From positions 1 through 23,913 of the forward strand of contig JAJRXH010000202.1 in NCBI GenBank assembly GCA_024276395.1: a stretch of 23,913 bases of DNA, read 5' to 3'. The notes beneath the pieces are model-generated. The model ran no database searches and was not told the origin of the DNA. It saw only the letters and a list, made by a program, of their open reading frames with translations. Within the stretch, counting starts at the first letter, position 1. Each line of letters opens with the position of its first letter. Below, piece after piece: positions 18,834-23,913 of this stretch. This DNA is from an archaeon. Its GTDB lineage: Archaea; Asgardarchaeota; Heimdallarchaeia; Hodarchaeales; S146-22. The position numbers and the translations under genes were made by a program.

Positions 18834-19388
18834 TTGGAACAATTAAAGACAAAGCTGCTAGGAATTGAAGAAGATGTCGAGGAAATACGGATTCTCGAAC
18901 AGCAACAAAAAATACATAAGGGAAGATTTCTCGGAAAGAAGAAATTCATCAAGCAATTAGGCGACATCATTCTTCAGGAATCTGATGAACTCTCAAAGAA
19001 AAGTGGCGGTATTGTTGAATTACAGAGGTTGTATCGCCACTTAAAAAGAAAATATGACATTGATATGGATGTTACAGATGTACTCGATGCTTGCGAATTT
19101 CTGTTAGCAAAAAACGTCATCGATGCCATCATCGAATTACCAGGTTCAGTTATGAAAATCATCTCTTTTTCTCCGATGGCACTTGATGCTGAAATACGAC
19201 AATTACTATTTTTAGCAAGTTCCCACGGCGGCGTGCTAACTAGAGAAGAAATCACGCTAAGCACGGACTGGGATCAAGCTCGGATAGATCGTCTCATGGA
19301 TCTGATGGAACGAAGAGGTTTTGCCATACGAGAAAAATCCTTCGAGGGAGAAAAGTGGTACTTCCCAGCATTCTATGAAAATAAGTAA
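18834..19388 (+). CDS. Tandem winged-helix protein resembling ESCRT-II EAP30 (Vps22/SNF8, Vps36)
   Basis: C-terminal two-thirds read like the EAP30 tandem WH region: GGIVELQRLYRHLKRKYDIDMDVTDVLDACEFLLAKNVIDAIIELPGSVMKIISFSPMALDAEIRQLLFLASSHGGVLTREEITLSTDWDQARIDRLMDLMERRGFAIREKSFEGEKWYFPAFYE. The W-x-x-x-R, L-x-x-x-x-x-x-G-x-A and terminal (Y/F)W-x-P-x-(L/F)F pattern matches SNF8 from memory. Start is TTG without a clear SD. Confidence 0.65.
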   Translation: MEQLKTKLLGIEEDVEEIRILEQQQKIHKGRFLGKKKFIKQLGDIILQESDELSKKSGGIVELQRLYRHLKRKYDIDMDVTDVLDACEFLLAKNVIDAIIELPGSVMKIISFSPMALDAEIRQLLFLASSHGGVLTREEITLSTDWDQARIDRLMDLMERRGFAIREKSFEGEKWYFPAFYENK

Positions 19389-19433
19389 CCAATGAAATTA
19401 AGCAAAAATAAATAAGGATTAAGGTGTCTGTTA

Positions 19434-20084
19434 ATGTCAAAGCAATTAGAACTAAAGGATGTTATCAAGCCTATCAGTGGAGCAGCAAGCAAAAAATCTC
19501 TGTTTCGGAAAAAAAAGGTCATCTCATCACAACGAATCCGAGTAGGTGAAGAATCAATCATCACGCGCATCACATTTCAAAATGACAAAAATGCCCCAGA
19601 TTTCTTTCTCGTGACGCCTCATGAACACGCTGTCATTATTATGGATGGTGTACCATTCGAAATAAAACAAGAAGGAGCATTCGAAATCATCAAAAAGAAG
19701 AAATGGCTTCAAATCGAGATTATATGGCTAAAAAAGAATGAAATAAACATAAAATGGGGCTCTGGAGCCTTCATTACAAGCGACAGAAAAGAATTCGGAT
19801 GTTATGGCATTGCAAGAGTTCAAATTCTCCAACCTAGGCATTTCATGCTGAGAATTTTAGGTGGTGGAACTTTCTCATTTACTGACGAAGATCTTCGAAA
19901 CTTCATCCGAGCGGATCTCCTCAACACCCTTCGTAACAGTTTTTCAAGGTTTTCCATCGCCCAAATTCGGGCACAGAATAAATTACTTCAAATTCAAGTT
20001 AAGGCCAACCTCTCCCCAACCCTACGACGTTGGGGACTTGAATTGCTGGATTTTCAAATAATAGGGTTTAAATTCCAAGAATAA
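19434..20084 (+). CDS. SPFH/Band-7-like domain protein (YdjI/'virion core protein'-like subfamily)
   Basis: ITFQNDKNAPDFFLVTPHEHAVIIMDGVPFEI...GSGAFITSDRKEFGCYGIARVQILQPRHFMLRILGGGTFSFTDEDLRNFIRADLLNTLRNSFSRFSIAQIRAQNKLLQIQVKANLSPTLRRWGLELLDFQIIGFKF follows the SPFH strand/helix pattern. SD AAGGTG upstream. Confidence 0.65.
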   Translation: MSKQLELKDVIKPISGAASKKSLFRKKKVISSQRIRVGEESIITRITFQNDKNAPDFFLVTPHEHAVIIMDGVPFEIKQEGAFEIIKKKKWLQIEIIWLKKNEINIKWGSGAFITSDRKEFGCYGIARVQILQPRHFMLRILGGGTFSFTDEDLRNFIRADLLNTLRNSFSRFSIAQIRAQNKLLQIQVKANLSPTLRRWGLELLDFQIIGFKFQE

Positions 20085-20141
20085 TAAAACAGATCCTCAT
20101 GATGAATGATAAATCAATAGATTTACTAGGTGACTTGAGCA

Positions 20142-21197
20142 ATGGCCGAACATAATCAAGACATTGATGAAAAAATCATGTTAAACGATGATCTACTAGA
20201 AATTAAAAGACTCCTTAAAAAAATACCAAGGTCACTTTTCTTGTTGTTAGAGAACGTGATCATCTTCATTAGCGTGTTGTTCTTACCTTTATTTCAAATG
20301 ATATATAACATCCAAGGTACAATTATTCTTGTTTCACTGTCAGGTAAAATTCTCGGGGGATTTCCCTATATCATTGCAATCATCTCTACCTACTTGATCT
20401 TCTTGTGTAGTATATATGAAATCAAGCGAAGAAAACTCAAGAATGTCAGACAAGACCGTAAACGACGTCACTTGATTGTCAACTCCTTGGATTCTCTTGC
20501 AAGCTATTCGCTGGTAATGACAATTAGCCACGTTTTACTTCTCATCTTCCTCATTCTCTTCTATCATTCCTACCTAATTAATTATGATAAAACAATAGCT
20601 AACGACCCATTGAGATTCATTCCACCACAAGTGTTATATCATAATTTACCAGATCCAACGCCATCCAGTTATTCTTGGTTCTTGAAGATATATATTGGTA
20701 GCTACATCTTAATTTCAGCTGCCTTGTTATCTTTTTTCCACGAAATTATAGTTTTTTTCCGGATTCGGAAAATAAAGAAGAAAATCTTGCCAACCATTGA
20801 TTCACTGCTGGATTTGGAGAAAAAAGCAACACCAACCGCTGAACACGAAGAAAAATCTGACATGGAATCAATTACTTATGAGCTAGAGGACGACATGGAA
20901 AAAATATCAATAGATTCTATCATTTCTACAGAAAAACAAGAACCATTACTGACATCATCAGATTCCGAGATGAGCACCACGATAGAGGCATCTTCAACAA
21001 TGGAACAATCTCAAGAAGCTATGACAGCAGCTGCATCACCATTCAGAGCAATAAAATCTTCTATTGAACCTCCAATCCGTTCAACCGGATATCTTAGGAA
21101 TTTTAAACCTCCAAAATTGAGACCGTGCAGTAATTGTAACACTAAAATTCCAATGTCTGCGAAATTTTGCTACGAATGCGGTATCCCTGCATCTTAA
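20142..21197 (+). CDS. 4-TM membrane protein with acidic/Ser-rich linker and C-terminal zinc ribbon
   Basis: Hydrophobic helices (SLFLLLENVIIFISVLFLPLF, IIAIISTYLIFLCSIY, LVMTISHVLLLIFLILFY, IGSYILISAALLSFF) and C-terminal LRPCSNCNTKIPMSAKFCYECGIPAS. SD AGGTGA at 20128-20133. Confidence 0.85.
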   Translation: MAEHNQDIDEKIMLNDDLLEIKRLLKKIPRSLFLLLENVIIFISVLFLPLFQMIYNIQGTIILVSLSGKILGGFPYIIAIISTYLIFLCSIYEIKRRKLKNVRQDRKRRHLIVNSLDSLASYSLVMTISHVLLLIFLILFYHSYLINYDKTIANDPLRFIPPQVLYHNLPDPTPSSYSWFLKIYIGSYILISAALLSFFHEIIVFFRIRKIKKKILPTIDSLLDLEKKATPTAEHEEKSDMESITYELEDDMEKISIDSIISTEKQEPLLTSSDSEMSTTIEASSTMEQSQEAMTAAASPFRAIKSSIEPPIRSTGYLRNFKPPKLRPCSNCNTKIPMSAKFCYECGIPAS

Positions 21198-21204
21198 TGA
21201 ATAT

Positions 21205-21218
21205 CTTTCTCTTTTCTT
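21205..21218 (+). terminator. Possible archaeal-type pyrimidine/T-rich terminator of the long + strand array
   Basis: CTTTCTCTTTTCTT a few nt after the stop at 21197, in a short convergent junction. Confidence 0.35.
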
Positions 21219-21260
21219 GACATGAATCCAAAGAACCACATCACATCTAAGAGTTTTTCA

Positions 21261-22409
21261 TTATTTTTCCATCAATTTTACATGATTTCCTTCGATTAAT
21301 AGAGCAATAAGCTCATTGGAAAGGCCGTGCAAGAGATGTTCTAATACCACGAATTGATCAACTTGTAACGTGACCGTCGCATCGCAGTAAAAACCTTGCA
21401 AGAGGGGAAGATTAGCCAAGGGGCTTACATCAATGACCTTTAGGCGATTTTCGCCTAACGTCAAGTATTCTAAAGACAGGCAATGCTCAATTGGGCTCAT
21501 GTCTATCTGTTCCAACTCATTTCGTGCCAATTTCAGAACTCGTAAGCGATGACACTCGGCCAGGGGAGAAAGATCTATCCGAGAAAGTCGATTGAAAGAA
21601 AGATCCAATTCTTTTAATCGCCTACAAGAAGCCAATGGAAGCAGATCAACTTGTTGAAGCTCATTCTCTTGTAATCCTAGATACGTGAGATTTGAGCAAT
21701 GACGAAGCGGTGAAAGATCCACGAATTCCAAATGATTCTGATACAAGCCAAGACTGCTTAAATGAATACAACGAGACAAGGGTGTCAAGTCCATTTCAGA
21801 GACGGCAATATCATGTAATCCCAGGACCGCCAAGCTTGGAAAGAGCTTGAAAGAAGAAAGATCCAGTTCACCCAATGGATTTTCCGAAAGATGCAAGAAG
21901 GCCATGTTCTCCTTGTGGCCAAGAACTTCAAGATTTACCTCAGAGAGACCATTTTTACGCAAGCTCAAGTATTCTAATAGATGACATGAACGTAATGGCG
22001 AAAGATCAATATGTTCCAATTGATTTTCGGAAAGATAAAGTTGTCGAACCTCTTTTAGATTCGATAAAGAACTCAAATCAACTTCGACTAGCTGGTTTTT
22101 CCACAATTTCAAGCTCTTGAGACGGGGACAATGACGGAGCGATGCAAGGTCAACATCTTCAAGCATGTTTTCGGAAAGATCAAGCTCAATGAGGTTCGAA
22201 CAATGGCGGAGGGGAGATAAATCGATCGATCGCAGTCCAACCTTCCATAACTTGAGATGTTGCACCCGTGGACAATGCTGCAGGAATGAAAGATCTATTT
22301 CACTTAAATTCGTTCCATAAAATGAAAGATAAGTCACGTCACGAGCAACTTTTCTTACCTGTCGCGTGCCATCCCAATTTTTCCCCATTACCAATACTTT
22401 CTCCATCAT
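21261..22409 (-). CDS. Leucine-rich-repeat protein (13 tandem 24-residue LRRs)
   Basis: Repeated unit L-x-x-[IV]-D-L-S-P-L-x-x-C-x-x-L-x-x-L-x-L-x-x-N-x, e.g. LRSIDLSPLRHCSNLIELDLSENM / LEFVDLSPLRHCSNLTYLGLQENE / LSRIDLSPLAECHRLRVLKLARNE. Confidence 0.95.
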   Translation of the reverse strand: MMEKVLVMGKNWDGTRQVRKVARDVTYLSFYGTNLSEIDLSFLQHCPRVQHLKLWKVGLRSIDLSPLRHCSNLIELDLSENMLEDVDLASLRHCPRLKSLKLWKNQLVEVDLSSLSNLKEVRQLYLSENQLEHIDLSPLRSCHLLEYLSLRKNGLSEVNLEVLGHKENMAFLHLSENPLGELDLSSFKLFPSLAVLGLHDIAVSEMDLTPLSRCIHLSSLGLYQNHLEFVDLSPLRHCSNLTYLGLQENELQQVDLLPLASCRRLKELDLSFNRLSRIDLSPLAECHRLRVLKLARNELEQIDMSPIEHCLSLEYLTLGENRLKVIDVSPLANLPLLQGFYCDATVTLQVDQFVVLEHLLHGLSNELIALLIEGNHVKLMEK

Positions 22410-22465
22410 CTAGCACGACCACTTTACCAGCAACCGCGGAACATGAGGAAACGAACGATCGTACA

Positions 22466-23233
22466 CTACTCATCCTTGAGGGCAAGAACCAAGAGAGAAT
22501 CACTTGTTTCGGGATCAAAAGCCGAACCGTCATGGTCTGAATAAGATTCTACTTGCTGGAATCCCACGTCACGTAGAATTTCCTCCAATTCAGTTCGTGT
22601 TTTCATTTTCAAGAGATTAGAGTCCCATTCAACCGTCCAATTGTCAGATCCCTTGCCATTTTCAGTAACATCCCGAGACAGAAAAACAAAATCTGCCAAG
22701 ATCCCGGTTGGACGAGGTTCAAAACGCTTGAGAAGGAGAACCTCCTTACCGTCAACCTTTAGGCTTCTTGAAGCCATGTACCCATTTCGAGGATTCTCTG
22801 GATTTAATTGTTGTGCAAAAAAGAAGCCACCGGGATTAATCGTCTCATGTACCTTCTTGAAAAACGTCATGGCTTCAGTATCCGTCAGAATGATTCCCAA
22901 GGCATTTCCGAGGCAGATCATTGCATCTACTCGAACGTCACTGGATACTTGAAAGATATCCCCATGAATGAGTTGAATCTGGTCTTGAAGTCCAGCTTTC
23001 TCCACGTTGTCTCTTGCCACTGCCAGCATATCCTCGTCAACATCGACTCCAATCACTGAAATGCCAAGATCCTTTGCCAGGGCAATGGCATGCACTCCCG
23101 GGCCACACCCAAGATCTAACAGAGTTTCCACGTCGTGCTGCCGACAAAGTCGTTCAAGAAATGGTAACTCGTGATTTAACCTTTTTTGCCAGTTCACTTG
23201 AAGGTAATATAGTTTAGCCTTGCTGAGGGACAT
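22466..23233 (-). CDS. Class I SAM-dependent methyltransferase
   Basis: Motif I VETLLDLGCGPGVHAIALAKDL, motif II ISVIGVDVDEDML, and IQLIHGDIF...VDAMICLGNALG. The track begins at 23272, but the internal ATG at 23231-23233 has an SD (GAGGTGG, complement at 23238-23244), so that is the likelier start. Confidence 0.9.
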   Translation of the reverse strand: MSLSKAKLYYLQVNWQKRLNHELPFLERLCRQHDVETLLDLGCGPGVHAIALAKDLGISVIGVDVDEDMLAVARDNVEKAGLQDQIQLIHGDIFQVSSDVRVDAMICLGNALGIILTDTEAMTFFKKVHETINPGGFFFAQQLNPENPRNGYMASRSLKVDGKEVLLLKRFEPRPTGILADFVFLSRDVTENGKGSDNWTVEWDSNLLKMKTRTELEEILRDVGFQQVESYSDHDGSAFDPETSDSLLVLALKDE

Positions 23234-23622
23234 TTTTCCACCTCTTAAGATTCTCTCAAAATGAACGATCAAAATCTAAAGTTTGCTTGACGTGTAGAAC
23301 CAAGGATTGAATCTATCTTGTTAACACTGATGCTGAATCATTCATCTTATTGTACCATTATTTCTTGGACTTTATATGACTTGTGACGAAGACGATCCAC
23401 GCGCAAGCTTGCCTGCTTGTTAGATGGGAAATTGAATGGCCATGGCAATCGACCTTCCTTCTATAACGAGTAAAAGGCAATAATGGAAAGGTAAAAATAA
23501 ACTCGTGATCTAGTAAATTTTCACGGCTTTTTCTCACGACTGAAAGTCATGCAAAAGAAGTAAAGTCTCACGTGCAATGGAATGATTGAGAGGACGTTCA
23601 ATCACTCAAGGTGATGAAAAAA

Positions 23623-23913
23623 ATGGATGACGAAATCATCTTGATCGTTCAACTGTTCAACGTGCTCGCTTGTCTAGCTGGTTTCTTTCTATTCGTGAAA
23701 AGTTGGACCTATGCCAGAAAGATCCAAAAATTGCTGGAAGAAACACGCATCGTCAAGAAATGGAGACTGGCCACCTATTTAGTTGGCATGTTTTCCTTGG
23801 GATACCTAATAAACATTCCACTCGTATTTTTCTATACCTTGGAGGCCTTGTTAATAATTGAAGGCGCCATCTTTCTTTTTGGTGCCATTTTCGTGCTCAT
23901 CGTATTTAATTTA
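23623..23913 (+). CDS. Partial multi-TM protein running off the right edge (possible membrane sensor N-terminus)
   Basis: ATG at 23623 (in frame with ATG 23614) and an uninterrupted frame to the window end: MDDEIILIVQLFNVLACLAGFFLFVKSWTYARKIQKLLEETRIVKKWRLATYLVGMFSLGYLINIPLVFFYTLEALLIIEGAIFLFGAIFVLIVFNL. AAGGTG at 23608-23613. Not listed in the supplied ORF track. Confidence 0.7.
   Translation, partial: MDDEIILIVQLFNVLACLAGFFLFVKSWTYARKIQKLLEETRIVKKWRLATYLVGMFSLGYLINIPLVFFYTLEALLIIEGAIFLFGAIFVLIVFNL

Noticed and set aside
20098-20156. Micro-ORF ATGATGAATGATAAATCAATAG... (MMNDKSIDLLGDLSNGRT*) overlapping the start of the 351-aa gene
   Set aside because: 18 codons, no SD of its own, and it overlaps the downstream gene's SD and start. 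Insufficient evidence for a leader peptide.
21875-23217. Plus-strand ORFs opposite the LRR and methyltransferase genes (21875..22120, 22268..22540, 22641..22952, 22808..23059, 23014..23217)
   Set aside because: They are antisense to confidently identified minus-strand genes. Repeated codon patterns of the LRR and methyltransferase motifs create open antisense frames.
16381-23233. Restriction-modification or anti-phage system from the PD-(D/E)XK-like domain plus the methyltransferase
   Set aside because: The nuclease-like motif looks catalytically degenerate. The methyltransferase is on the opposite strand several genes away and lacks a DNA-methylase (N/D)PP(Y/F) motif. No helicase or specificity subunit is present.
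23375-23445. Possible tRNA or structured RNA near the GCAAGCTTGC palindrome
   Set aside because: No tRNA T-loop (GGTTCRANNCC) or cloverleaf spacing was recognised; only a short palindrome.
1-23913. Mobile element or prophage
   Set aside because: No transposase, integrase, terminal inverted repeats or phage structural genes recognised. The YdjI-like SPFH family's 'virion core protein' label does not imply a virus.

Overview
This window appears to be archaeal, probably from an Asgard-type genome. That placement is my inference from protein content, not from a marker gene. It is dominated by one dense same-strand (+) gene array of about 21 kb. In order it encodes: (1) a giant Asn/Thr-rich, Ig-like-repeat surface protein, open at the left edge, with one C-terminal TM and a cytosolic helical domain that looks DUF4129-like; (2) a DUF4350-like protein; (3) a MoxR AAA+ ATPase; (4) a DUF58 protein; (5) a polytopic membrane protein; (6) a cysteine-rich protein with about 13 zinc ribbons and a C-terminal PD-(D/E)XK-like domain; (7) a smaller Ig-like surface protein; (8) a 147-aa helical orphan; (9) a tandem winged-helix protein resembling ESCRT-II EAP30/Vps22; (10) an SPFH/Band-7-like protein; (11) a 4-TM protein with a C-terminal zinc ribbon. 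Convergent to this array, on the minus strand, are a 24-residue-period LRR protein and a class I SAM methyltransferase. A partial membrane-protein ORF missing from the supplied track runs off the right edge. The main candidate novelty is the operon-like linkage of a MoxR/DUF58/DUF4350/DUF4129-like module and giant surface proteins with ESCRT-II-like and SPFH-like membrane-remodelling proteins. A second specific observation is that the zinc-ribbon gene probably starts about 156 nt upstream of its first ATG, at an ATA codon behind a perfect Shine-Dalgarno, which adds an N-terminal transmembrane anchor. No tRNA, rRNA, CRISPR or mobile element was seen.
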